IMG/VR virus record: IMGVR_UViG_3300005077_000562
Coordinates: 1-32,516 of that record
Length of the DNA: 32,516 bases
DNA from: a virus
Lineage: Duplodnaviria > Caudoviricetes
Direction: 5' to 3' (one strand)
The notes under the pieces are model-generated. The model searched no databases and had not been told where the DNA came from. It saw nothing but the letters and a program-made list of their open reading frames with translations. The position numbers and the translations under genes were made by a program. This document shows positions 1 through 8,474 of the stretch, in pieces (position 1 is the stretch's first letter; each line of letters begins with the position of its first letter).

Positions 1-129
1 TGCATCACCATCGAGGGGGATGCGCCGGATCGCCTCACCATTGCGCTGGGCGTGGAGAGAGGGGAAGAACCGTTCACCCTCTGGCGTCATGGAAAGCGCG
101 GGGAGATAGGCCACGTGCTCGATGCCTGA
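1..129 (+). CDS. 3' end of a bacterial CDS, product unknown (partial)
   Basis: Frame 1 is open from base 1 (CITIEGDAPDRLTIALGVERGEEPFTLWRHGKRGEIGHVLDA) to TGA at 127-129, with GC-rich codons. Confidence 0.5.
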   Translation, partial: CITIEGDAPDRLTIALGVERGEEPFTLWRHGKRGEIGHVLDA

Positions 130-319
130 GCCTTCCCGGGGGTTCTGCAATGGCAGCGATTGTTGACGCGGTCGGACAATCAGTGTTTACGGTGACACTT
201 TATCAAGACCGTTCCACGGGATGAGCTGGAGGAACTGCTGAGCAGGGAAATCGTCACCACGGCCATAACGAGTCCAGGGAATGCCCACAGTGTGCTATAA
301 TAGTAAATAAAGAGAGGGA

Positions 320-573
320 ATGAAATCAAATCAAATGGCTAAATTCCCGTCAATGAAAGCAAACAGGCTGTGGTCAATATTGATAAGATATCCTCTCAAT
401 TACAGTGTTTTGCACAGAGTCGGGTCTCACAGAAAGCTCGTATCTTCCAGCGGATATCCAGAAATTCTCTTCGCCTTTCACGATAAGGACACTGTCGGTG
501 GCATATTGGTGAAGAAAATCCTGTGTGACCAGAGATAGGACTCACTGAGGAAGAAGCACTGGGTCTATTATGA
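320..573 (+). pseudogene. hicA: HicA-family mRNA interferase toxin, frameshifted near the 3' end
   Basis: GSHRKL motif and ...FAFHDKDTVGGILVKKIL. The ORF stops at 538, but removing 2 nt (AG) at about 531-534 restores DQIGLTEEEALGLL* ending at 573, directly before the hicB RBS. Start could be 335. Confidence 0.75.
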
Positions 574-586
574 CAGGAGGTGCAGT

Positions 587-784
587 GTGGCAAGAAAAAT
601 TACCATTATTTACCATCAGGAACCAGAGTGCTGGTGGGCAGAGTCTCCAGAGATTGGAAATTATACTGCGACCAGAGAGAGGCTCGAGGATTTGAGATAT
701 ATGATTCACACCGAGCTGCCTGGCTTTCTTGGTGAAGAGCTGGAAATAGCGGAAGTGCTCAGCCAGTATCAGAAAAGCGCATAA
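587..784 (+). CDS. hicB: Short HicB-like antitoxin lacking a DNA-binding domain
   Basis: YHQEPECWWAESPEIGNYTAT pattern; AGGAGG RBS at 575-580, GTG start; directly downstream of hicA. Confidence 0.7.
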   Translation: MARKITIIYHQEPECWWAESPEIGNYTATRERLEDLRYMIHTELPGFLGEELEIAEVLSQYQKSA

Positions 785-994
785 GGGGTAATGCTGCTCA
801 ATTGTAAGGACAACCCTGGAGGAGTTGGATGACAGGGAATTCAGCATTGTTGAAAATGTCTGAGAAGGTAAAGTAGTCTACACAGCCTGACGATTTTACC
901 TGTATATATTAGCTGAGCCGGCTATGCATTTACAATCTTGGCCCATATTTATAATCCTGGCATATAAATTATTTAATCCGGATTATATTTCCCC

Positions 995-2197
995 TTACCT
1001 CTTATCGTTAACATAGTAAGCTCCCTTGGGGGGGTTGCCCTCCATCCTTATCACACCTGTGCTCTTCATCCTGGCAAGGAGTTTTGACGCCTGATTATCA
1101 CTCAGTCCACAGAGCTCTGCCACCTGCGCCCTGGTGATTTTCTCATAGCTGTTGATATATTGAAGCACCATCTGCTCCTGCTGTATCGGCTCAAAACCCC
1201 TGGCCCATATAAAACCGGAGGGCTCTCCCAGTTTCTTGTATAGAAAAGAAGCCAGCATATAGACCCTACCTCGCTTTTCTCCCTTAGCAGATACAAGCCC
1301 CCGGCTCAGTAACTTCTCGAGGACCTTTCCCGCAGAAATAGTCCCTTTTTGAATGAGCTCACCGATCGATACAGTATCAGCCCTCTTCTGGAGAAATAAA
1401 TGGTTGAGAACCATCACCTCATCAAGTGTCAGGGGGGTGCCTGCCCTGTCCTGTTCATAAATAAGAGCGGCGAAGGCAAGGAAAGCATCCCCTCCCATCA
1501 GGATGATACGAACATTGTCGGTATCTGATCGCGAATAATCTGGCGCGGGTCTTCCATACTGAAGTTGGCCCCAGTATATATTGTCAACGCCCCGGCCTGT
1601 ATGCTCGATAATGCCGATTCTCTTGAAAGCCTCTGCCAGAAGTGGGTTACGCGGTTTGGGTTCATGGGTCAGAATATTATCTTTGGTGACTCCTGCAGGG
1701 AACCCCCCTGGGTTTGCCATCAGAATATGGTCATAATGCCATTGGACATAAACAAAGTTCAACCGGGAATAATCCCGGTGAAGTACCGCATTGTTCACTG
1801 CTTCCCGAAAGCCTATGGAAGAGTAATTCGGGATCGGTAGCCTTATAAAGCCCACCATAATCTCCTTCTCTTCATTCCGGGCAGAGAACCTGGATTCAAC
1901 CTCCTCCAGGGTTTTAAGAATAGGGGTCTTGAAGCAGTCATTCATTCTTACATTTCCATACGAATCAATAATCTGAAAATGTACCTGGTGAGTGGGCATA
2001 ATCTTCTCGATGACAGGCGTCTTCCCCAGGAGAAGTATGCCCGCGATATTCGGCACGAGTTTGTCTCCTTGACTTTCAGCAAGCCTCAGTGCCTTCACCA
2101 GTTCTTCATTGGAGAGTTCAGACAGATTTCTGTCTCCACGTAGACGCGCGATGGCCTGCCTGAGCCGATCAAATTCCAGGGGTTCAAGATCATCAAA
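995..2197 (-). CDS. C-terminal part of a bacterial ATP-binding protein (RecG-C/HATPase_c_4 plus winged HTH; family usually has an N-terminal AlbA_2/Schlafen domain, missing here)
   Basis: REAVNNAVLHRDY, NPGGFP, PRNPLLAEAF, EHTGRGVD and C-terminal ITRAQVAELCGLS HTH; bacterial-like GC; N-terminus replaced by phage capsid sequence. Confidence 0.8.
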   Translation of the reverse strand, partial: FDDLEPLEFDRLRQAIARLRGDRNLSELSNEELVKALRLAESQGDKLVPNIAGILLLGKTPVIEKIMPTHQVHFQIIDSYGNVRMNDCFKTPILKTLEEVESRFSARNEEKEIMVGFIRLPIPNYSSIGFREAVNNAVLHRDYSRLNFVYVQWHYDHILMANPGGFPAGVTKDNILTHEPKPRNPLLAEAFKRIGIIEHTGRGVDNIYWGQLQYGRPAPDYSRSDTDNVRIILMGGDAFLAFAALIYEQDRAGTPLTLDEVMVLNHLFLQKRADTVSIGELIQKGTISAGKVLEKLLSRGLVSAKGEKRGRVYMLASFLYKKLGEPSGFIWARGFEPIQQEQMVLQYINSYEKITRAQVAELCGLSDNQASKLLARMKSTGVIRMEGNPPKGAYYVNDKR

Positions 2198-2395
2198 AGA
2201 TACTTCATCAAGAACCTGACGTAACTGATTTTCAAGCAATACTGCCATGTTACTTACTTCATGTTCTTGAGCTAAACCATCTAACAATCCAGTTGGTTCC
2301 CATTTCTTAACCAAACCTCTTGTTTGTTCAAGAACTAATTCTTGAACATTTTTCCCCTCACGAAGTTTATGTAAATTAAACAAATTTTTACCCAT
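2198..2395 (-). CDS. N-terminal ~65 aa of a T4 gp23-like major capsid protein, truncated by the junction
   Basis: LVKKWEPTGLLDGL...MAVLLENQ is the gp23-type N-terminal motif; follows the scaffold gene; GGAG RBS; AT-rich codons. Confidence 0.8.
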
Positions 2396-2409
2396 TATTT
2401 TTCTCCCAA

Positions 2410-3609
2410 TTATTTTTTATATCCAATCAATTTGTGTACTCGATTTCTAACATCAATATTTTCATCTACTATTACATTTTGTTTTTTAAATCCGACTGCT
2501 TTTGATGCACCCTCAACCAAACGTTGAGTTTTTGAAATTTTCTTTTCTCCAACAGCTAAATTTTCCATCAATGTAGCATAAATCAATTTTACTTCACGTA
2601 AATTCTTAGCACGATCAAAATTTTCAATAACTTTCATTTTAGATGTTGTATTTAAATTAAAATTAGAAAATACTTTATTAGTAAATAATAATTTTGCATT
2701 TAATACATTAATTTCATTCAATCTATTTTTTTGATATTTAACTACTTTAATAGCTTCACGAAGTTTTTTTCTTAATTTTGTATTTTCAGTTCTAAGAATT
2801 GATTTTTTATTTTCTGCAATATCTTCAAAATTAATATCATCAGAATTATCCTCAATTTCGATTTCATCCTCCTGCTCTTCAACAGGTTCTTCTTCATCAT
2901 CTTCAATTTCAAATTCTTCATCATCCGATAATTCTTCCTGCTCTTCAACAGGTTCTTCTTCATCATCTTCAATTTCAAATTCTTCATCATCCGATAAATC
3001 TAATTCATCACCATCAGGTTCACCTTCACTATCAATTTCGGTTCCATCTTCATCACCATCAGGTTCTTCATGATCTTCTTCTGTATCTTCATCTTCCATA
3101 ACAGGCTCATCTTCTAATTCATCATTTTCAACTTCACCCTCTAATTCTTTTATTACAGATTCTAAATCAAGATCATCTTCTTCAACATCAGATTCAAGAC
3201 TTTCATCATCAACATCGGATTCAGTATCATCTTCTTCAACATCTTCTTCACTGTCAAATTCTAAATCATCTTCTTCTTGTTCTACCAATCCTTCAACTTC
3301 TTTAGCATCTTCATGTTTTACTTCAACTTCACCTTCTTGATCTTCTGTTGAATCATCAGATGATAATGATGATGGTTCTTTATTATCAGTAGTTCCTATT
3401 TCAGATGATGCCACATTTTCCGTTTCAACTTCAGTCTCATCTTCATATTCATTATCCATTTCTTCATTTATCTTTTTTGAAATCATTTGTTCAATTTTTG
3501 GACTTATTTCATTAAGTAAAGCCGCTTTAGCTTGTTTCATTGCCATTTCCTTTACTGCATTGGCATCAGCAACAGCCTCAACCATTAAATTACTTTTAAC
3601 TTTTCGCAT
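2410..3609 (-). CDS. Prohead core/scaffold protein (gp22-like role)
   Basis: Highly acidic centre, coiled-coil C-terminus (LNEINVLNAKLLFTNKVF, IENFDRAKNLREVKLIY), immediately upstream of the capsid gene. Confidence 0.75.
   Translation of the reverse strand: MRKVKSNLMVEAVADANAVKEMAMKQAKAALLNEISPKIEQMISKKINEEMDNEYEDETEVETENVASSEIGTTDNKEPSSLSSDDSTEDQEGEVEVKHEDAKEVEGLVEQEEDDLEFDSEEDVEEDDTESDVDDESLESDVEEDDLDLESVIKELEGEVENDELEDEPVMEDEDTEEDHEEPDGDEDGTEIDSEGEPDGDELDLSDDEEFEIEDDEEEPVEEQEELSDDEEFEIEDDEEEPVEEQEDEIEIEDNSDDINFEDIAENKKSILRTENTKLRKKLREAIKVVKYQKNRLNEINVLNAKLLFTNKVFSNFNLNTTSKMKVIENFDRAKNLREVKLIYATLMENLAVGEKKISKTQRLVEGASKAVGFKKQNVIVDENIDVRNRVHKLIGYKK
2870..2997. repeat. In-frame tandem duplication, period 66 bp (22 aa), 62 bp identical
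   Basis: 2870-2931 equals 2936-2997; encodes LSDDEEFEIEDDEEEPVEEQE twice. Confidence 0.95.
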
Positions 3610-3707
3610 AATACATCTCCAAATAATATTTTAGATTTTGGATTAACACTATTATAGAGTGTCAATAAATTATTAATTATATAGGTATATCATATATTAT
3701 TCATGAT

Positions 3708-3780
3708 ATATTCAAGATTTGTTATATATAAATATAATAAAAAAATAAAAACATTATATTTTTTAATATTTTTATTAAAT
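3708..3780. repeat. Copy 1 of an imperfect ~75 bp AT-rich intergenic repeat flanking bS21; contains ATATTTATA on the minus strand
   Basis: atattcaagat...tatatataaatataataaaaaa(a)taaaaa...attatatt...atatttttattaaat recurs at about 4052-4131. Confidence 0.7.
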
Positions 3781-3993
3781 TTAATCATTATTTTTTAACA
3801 TTTTCCATCTTTGTCTGGCAATAGCCTTATTTTTTTTATCTTTTCTTTTAGCTGAAGGTTTTATATAATATGATTTTTCATATAAGTCTATCATTAAATT
3901 ACTATCTTTTACTATTTGTTTAAAAATTCTTAATGCTTTATCTAAATTTCCATTATTTACTTCTACATATAAGCCTTTTAATTCTTGTGACAT
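3781..3993 (-). CDS. rpsU: Phage-encoded ribosomal protein bS21
   Basis: VEVNNGNLDKALRIFK...YYIKPSAKRKDKKNKAIAR fits the bS21 pattern; 70 aa, basic; GAGG RBS. Confidence 0.88.
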   Translation of the reverse strand: MSQELKGLYVEVNNGNLDKALRIFKQIVKDSNLMIDLYEKSYYIKPSAKRKDKKNKAIARQRWKMLKNND

Positions 3994-4051
3994 ATTTACC
4001 TCTTTTATGTTATATTTTTATCTACAATCTTAAATTCATTAATAATTTATA

Positions 4052-4131
4052 ATATTCAAGATATATATATATAAATATAATAAAAAATAAAAATTATATT
4101 ATTTTTATATTTTTATTAAATTATTTAAAAT
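4052..4131. repeat. Copy 2 of the intergenic repeat/putative promoter block, upstream of bS21
   Basis: Near-copy of 3708-3780. Confidence 0.7.
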
Positions 4132-4142
4132 AAATATTAAAA

Positions 4143-4523
4143 ATGGAAAAAATACATATGAATTTTAACTTAAAAAAGAAAATTATAACATTAAAAAAGA
4201 AAAGTATAATTTATGAAAATAAAGAATACATAGTTTCTGTTATGCAATCAGAAAAAATAAAAACATTTAAAGGATTTCCAGAAATACTACATGTAACAAT
4301 CATTAAAAAAAATCATAATAAAATTACAAATTGGAATACTATTCAAAAAATAAAAGATATTATAATTGGAAAAGAATATACTGCAATTCAAATTTTTCCT
4401 CCAACATCAGAAATAATAGATTATTCTAATGCTTATCATTTATGGGTATTTAATAATAAAAATTTTAAATTGCCATTTGGTTTAGGAATAAATAAAAGAA
4501 ATATTAAAAATTTGAAAAAATAA
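4143..4523 (+). CDS. Hypothetical protein (DUF7694-like), opposite orientation to its neighbours
   Basis: W..IQKIKD...G.E..AIQIFPP...IID.SNAYHLW motif. Confidence 0.6.
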   Translation: MEKIHMNFNLKKKIITLKKKSIIYENKEYIVSVMQSEKIKTFKGFPEILHVTIIKKNHNKITNWNTIQKIKDIIIGKEYTAIQIFPPTSEIIDYSNAYHLWVFNNKNFKLPFGLGINKRNIKNLKK

Positions 4524-4532
4524 TTTATAACT

Positions 4533-4925
4533 TTATATATCATATCCACCACGTACCCACCAAATAAAATAATAAGAATCTTTTATTCTTTTACCATTTG
4601 AAATTGTCGATTTTGAAAATATTTTTCCAGCTCCTTGAGATGAATTCCATCTTAAATTTTCAAGAAATTCAATATTATTATCATTAATAATACTCATAGG
4701 AACTAACATTTTAGCTTCAAATTCCCAATTTCCATCTGTATAATTTGATACACTTGCAGATTTAATAAAAGTAGTATAATATTGATCATTAAATACATTA
4801 AATAAAGTTTCTTTTACAAATTTCATTGCTTCATTTGGTGACATTTTAATATTATTATTTTTTTCTCTAATTAATTTATATTCATTTATTATTAATTGTT
4901 TTAATTTATTTTTACTTAATTTCAT
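4533..4925 (-). CDS. Putative internal head protein (leader MKLSKNKLKQLIINE)
   Basis: ORF in head operon with shared leader. Confidence 0.6.
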   Translation of the reverse strand: MKLSKNKLKQLIINEYKLIREKNNNIKMSPNEAMKFVKETLFNVFNDQYYTTFIKSASVSNYTDGNWEFEAKMLVPMSIINDNNIEFLENLRWNSSQGAGKIFSKSTISNGKRIKDSYYFIWWVRGGYDI

Positions 4926-5206
4926 TTCATTTTATCCTTTACTTTAATGAGCTTTAAAATTTCTTCTCGTATAATCTTTTTTAAATAAATTAAATTTTCA
5001 GGAACTTTTTCTGGAAGTCCTTTATGAGATGTAGACGCAAAATCAACTGCATCATCATATCCAATTGATGATGCAATTGATTTTATTTTTTTGCGAAGTT
5101 TCTCATTTGGCAAATCATTTAAATTTAATTTTCCAGATTGATACGCATGAACCATTCCCATTAAACGTTGTTGAGATGCCGATTTAGATTTTTCATATAA
5201 TATCAT
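4922..5206 (-). CDS. DUF3008-like protein with C-terminal LKKIIREE motif
   Basis: KSASQQRLMGMVHA...DFASTSHKGLPEKV resembles DUF3008. Confidence 0.6.
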   Translation of the reverse strand: MILYEKSKSASQQRLMGMVHAYQSGKLNLNDLPNEKLRKKIKSIASSIGYDDAVDFASTSHKGLPEKVPENLIYLKKIIREEILKLIKVKDKMK

Positions 5207-5207
5207 T

Positions 5208-5501
5208 TTATTCTAATTCTGATCGTTTTTTTGTTGTAAATCTTTGAAAAGTCTTTTTATCTAATTCCAACATTTCAATTAATTTATCAAATAAAAATTG
5301 TAATTTTTGTCTATTAAATTCATATTTTTTAACTGCCTTTGTTAAAAGTTTTAATGCTCTTTCAACGTCTGCAGGTAAATTAATATTTTCATTGGCAGAT
5401 TCCGAAGTTGATGCATCTTTTTCAACATCTTCTTCTTTTAACATTTGTTCTCTTACTAATTTTCTAATTAAACTACGAAATTGTGTTTCTGTTAATTTCA
5501 T
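5208..5501 (-). CDS. Putative internal head protein (MKLTETQFRSLIRKLVRE)
   Basis: AGGAG RBS; leader motif. Confidence 0.6.
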   Translation of the reverse strand: MKLTETQFRSLIRKLVREQMLKEEDVEKDASTSESANENINLPADVERALKLLTKAVKKYEFNRQKLQFLFDKLIEMLELDKKTFQRFTTKKRSELE

Positions 5502-5531
5502 TATATTATCTCCTTTAAATTGAAATTATAA

Positions 5532-5921
5532 TTATTTTCTACTATTATTTAAATTTTCTATAATTTTATCCATATTTTGTTTTAATTCATGTTCAGCATC
5601 AGCCAATGCATCTGTTTTCATTTCTTTCCAAACTTTCATAATTGACTCTTTACTAATAACTTGTTCATTGCTAAATACTGCATCTATTAAATCTTGAAAA
5701 GTAATACATCTTAATAAATCATCTTCTGTATGAAAATATTCTTCTTTTATTAATGTATCATTTTTTTTAACATTATTTTTAAAATTAGAATTGCCAATAG
5801 ATTCAAGTCCATTAAATTTGAAATTATCTCTTCTTTGTCTTAAACCTATAAGATTGCCAACTGGAAGTAATGATGCAAGCATTACCATTCCTTCATTTAA
5901 ATTTTTTTTCTTTTTTTTCAT
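5532..5921 (-). CDS. Hypothetical head-region protein (NLNE, internal LIKEE)
   Basis: GGAG RBS supports a start at 5921 rather than 5942. Confidence 0.6.
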   Translation of the reverse strand: MKKKKKNLNEGMVMLASLLPVGNLIGLRQRRDNFKFNGLESIGNSNFKNNVKKNDTLIKEEYFHTEDDLLRCITFQDLIDAVFSNEQVISKESIMKVWKEMKTDALADAEHELKQNMDKIIENLNNSRK

Positions 5922-5978
5922 GTTTATTTCTCCATTTTTCATTTTATAATAATAAATATATATTATATTTAAAAAACA

Positions 5979-6242
5979 TTATAAAAATCTTAATAAAAGT
6001 TTAAATATTGCTTCATGTAAATTTTCATACAATTCATTATAATTATCAGGATCAGATGATACATCAACTTCAAATTTATATTTAGATAATTCATTAAGTG
6101 CAGTTTTTCTATTACCAATAATATATCTAACAAAACTATCAGCTATTTTTGATAATTCTTTATCATCACCTTTAAATATCGTAGATTCATTTAAATGTAT
6201 AAAATTATTCCATTTTTTCCAATTAAAATTATTATTTTTCAT
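5979..6242 (-). CDS. Hypothetical protein (leader WKKWNNFIHLNE)
   Basis: GGAG RBS; tightly packed ORF. Confidence 0.6.
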   Translation of the reverse strand: MKNNNFNWKKWNNFIHLNESTIFKGDDKELSKIADSFVRYIIGNRKTALNELSKYKFEVDVSSDPDNYNELYENLHEAIFKLLLRFL

Positions 6243-6263
6243 TAAAAATCTCCAATTAAAATA

Positions 6264-6512
6264 CTAAGAGTATATTAAATAATTATTAACAAGTTCCAAT
6301 TTACCAAGATTTTTCCATTTTTTTAATATAAAATCAATTGCCATTTTTCCACCATTATTTTTTGCCCATGCTCCATTAATTAATTTCATCAAATCTTTTA
6401 ATAAATATTTATTATTATTTCTTAAAAATAATTGACGTAAAGACTTTTCAGCTTCCATCGTTACAGATATTTCATTAATTACTACTTCTTTTATTATTTG
6501 TTCTATTTTCAT
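6264..6512 (-). CDS. Putative internal head protein (MKIEQIIKE)
   Basis: Leader motif; operon packing. Confidence 0.6.
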   Translation of the reverse strand: MKIEQIIKEVVINEISVTMEAEKSLRQLFLRNNNKYLLKDLMKLINGAWAKNNGGKMAIDFILKKWKNLGKLELVNNYLIYS

Positions 6513-6525
6513 ATTAATTCATCCA

Positions 6526-6966
6526 TTATTTAAAATTAAATTTCTTATTCATAATATCAAATCTCCATTTATCCTTTCCAGGAGATGTAGTATAGAACAT
6601 TTCAACATCTTGCCATTTTTTCTTTTTATAAAATATTAAATCTAATAAATAAACAAAATTATCTTCTATTTTTTCTCGATTTCCAATTAAATATGCTTGT
6701 GTTAAATGTCCTCCATTTTCATATTTTACATTATATGTTCTATAATCAATATTAAATCTAATATTACCATTTTTTAATTCATTAGTATCATAAGAAATGA
6801 CAAAATAAATTATATCATCATGTTGTGAACTTTGTATAATTTTACTATCCAATATAAATTTTAAAATTTCATTCTTAACTTCTTCTTTAATTAATTGTTT
6901 TTTTACTAATAACTTATTTAATTCTTCTTTTATTATTTGTTTTATTAATTTTGTTTTTTGATACAT
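6526..6966 (-). CDS. Putative internal head protein with doubled leader (LIKQIIKEE...KQLIKEE)
   Basis: Two tandem copies of the motif; AGGA RBS. Confidence 0.6.
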   Translation of the reverse strand: MYQKTKLIKQIIKEELNKLLVKKQLIKEEVKNEILKFILDSKIIQSSQHDDIIYFVISYDTNELKNGNIRFNIDYRTYNVKYENGGHLTQAYLIGNREKIEDNFVYLLDLIFYKKKKWQDVEMFYTTSPGKDKWRFDIMNKKFNFK

Positions 6967-6989
6967 AATTTTAAATCCTTTTAAATTAA

Positions 6990-7226
6990 TTATTCATGTG
7001 GAAAATATGCATATAAATTCTTATAATCTTTTATTACCTTACTTATTGATAAACTACAAATATATCTTATTAATTTTGCACCTTTTAAATTAGTAGTATT
7101 CTTATTTTTATATAATCTTAAACTTTCATTTTTAACTGAAGATTTAAATTCATCTAATAATAAATCTAAATAACGTTCAAAATAAACTTGATCAATATTA
7201 TTATTTTCATATAATTTCTTTTTCAT
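6990..7226 (-). CDS. Hypothetical protein (MKKKLYE)
   Basis: Operon packing. Confidence 0.55.
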   Translation of the reverse strand: MKKKLYENNNIDQVYFERYLDLLLDEFKSSVKNESLRLYKNKNTTNLKGAKLIRYICSLSISKVIKDYKNLYAYFPHE

Positions 7227-7233
7227 AATTCAA

Positions 7234-7521
7234 TTAATCCAAATTAAAATATTTTTTATTTATTAATATATATTCATTTTCAAATATATCATTAAATTCA
7301 TCAACATTAAAATTATTACTAAATTTCTTTTGTATATATTTTTTTATATCCTTTTTCATATGATCTTTATTAACATTATTCAACATTTTACTAAAAATTA
7401 TATCAGAAATAGTTTCTTTCATTGTTCTATTTTTATTATTCATTCCCATATCATAAACAGACATTTTTTGTCCACGATATAATCTTTTATATTCTTTTAT
7501 TTGAAAATTGAAATCTTTCAT
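7234..7521 (-). CDS. Hypothetical protein
   Basis: ATG at 7521 follows the upstream stop; 7560 is an alternative start. Confidence 0.55.
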   Translation of the reverse strand: MKDFNFQIKEYKRLYRGQKMSVYDMGMNNKNRTMKETISDIIFSKMLNNVNKDHMKKDIKKYIQKKFSNNFNVDEFNDIFENEYILINKKYFNLD

Positions 7522-7522
7522 A

Positions 7523-8473
7523 TTACTTTTTTTCCCATATAACTTTACCATCTCTTTCAATTTTAATTAAATTAGATTTTATTAAATTTGGTGTTATTTT
7601 ATAAATTTTGGGTCTAAAATCTTGCATACTTTTTCCTTTATGATTTCCTAAATATCTAAATATAGTAAGATATAAATTTTCAAAATATAATATATCATCT
7701 TCATTTATTTTAGGTATATTTTGATTATATTTTGAATTTTGTATAAATTTTTCATCAAAATATTCAGGCATATATTTATTAATTAAATCTTTAATATATT
7801 TTTTAGATGTTAGTGATTTTGATGATATACCAATACCATTTAATTTATTTAATTTAATTTGCCAATCATAATTTTCATAAAATGGAATTGCCCATGCAAC
7901 ATCTTCCTCATACCAATATGAACCTTTCCAAAAATGTCCTTGTTCTCTCGCTTGAGGAGTTAATTTCTTTTTTGCAACATTACTTGAAACATATAATCCT
8001 CCATGTGATGGAGTTCCATACCATATTACTCCAGTATCAATATCATATTTAATATCTGCAGTTCCCCAGGGAGTTGATATATTTAATCCATATTTTTCAA
8101 ATAATTTATGAACTTCTTCTTTTATTATTAATTTTATATTTTTTTTATTTTCTTTTAAATTTTTATTTTCAATTTTAATCATATAATTAAGTAATGCACT
8201 CTCATAATCAATTATACCATTTTCTTCTGCATGTTGATTAGATGCAAAATCTTCTATTTCATTTGCAGTATTTAATTCAATATAAGTTTTTAATATATTA
8301 CTTTTTAATTTATTAACACTTAACCAAATTCCTAATTTTTTAGGATCATCATTATCAAATTCTACTTGTCCATGTAAAATATTATTATTTTTTACTTTTT
8401 TATAAACAACTAATAATTCATTTTTTTCATCAAATGATGACAAATATCCATTTTTTATTGATTTTACTTTCAT
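7523..8473 (-). CDS. Two-domain protein with internal IKLIIKEE motif and C-terminal DUF7007-like domain
   Basis: TPWG...TPSHGGLYVS...WYEEDVAWAIP; GGAG RBS supports a start at 8473. Confidence 0.65.
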   Translation of the reverse strand: MKVKSIKNGYLSSFDEKNELLVVYKKVKNNNILHGQVEFDNDDPKKLGIWLSVNKLKSNILKTYIELNTANEIEDFASNQHAEENGIIDYESALLNYMIKIENKNLKENKKNIKLIIKEEVHKLFEKYGLNISTPWGTADIKYDIDTGVIWYGTPSHGGLYVSSNVAKKKLTPQAREQGHFWKGSYWYEEDVAWAIPFYENYDWQIKLNKLNGIGISSKSLTSKKYIKDLINKYMPEYFDEKFIQNSKYNQNIPKINEDDILYFENLYLTIFRYLGNHKGKSMQDFRPKIYKITPNLIKSNLIKIERDGKVIWEKK

Positions 8474-8474
8474 T

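Noticed and set aside
396-1840. ORFs 396-593(-), 542-847(-), 1102-1296(-) and 1565-1840(+)
   Set aside because: Shadow ORFs overlapping hicAB or the ATP-binding gene, with no recognisable motifs
2198-2218. Prophage attachment site
   Set aside because: Integration inside its own major capsid gene is implausible, and no integrase or second att copy is in the window
995-2395. 466-aa ORF as a genuine novel capsid-helicase fusion protein
   Set aside because: Composition break mid-ORF, both parents truncated, and the essential capsid body is missing; a chimera is more parsimonious until reads show otherwise
2772-2990. 72-aa Met/Lys-rich ORF
   Set aside because: Alternative-frame reading of the acidic GAA/GAT repeats in the scaffold gene
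2870-2997. CRISPR array
   Set aside because: Two adjacent in-frame coding copies with no spacers and no cas genes
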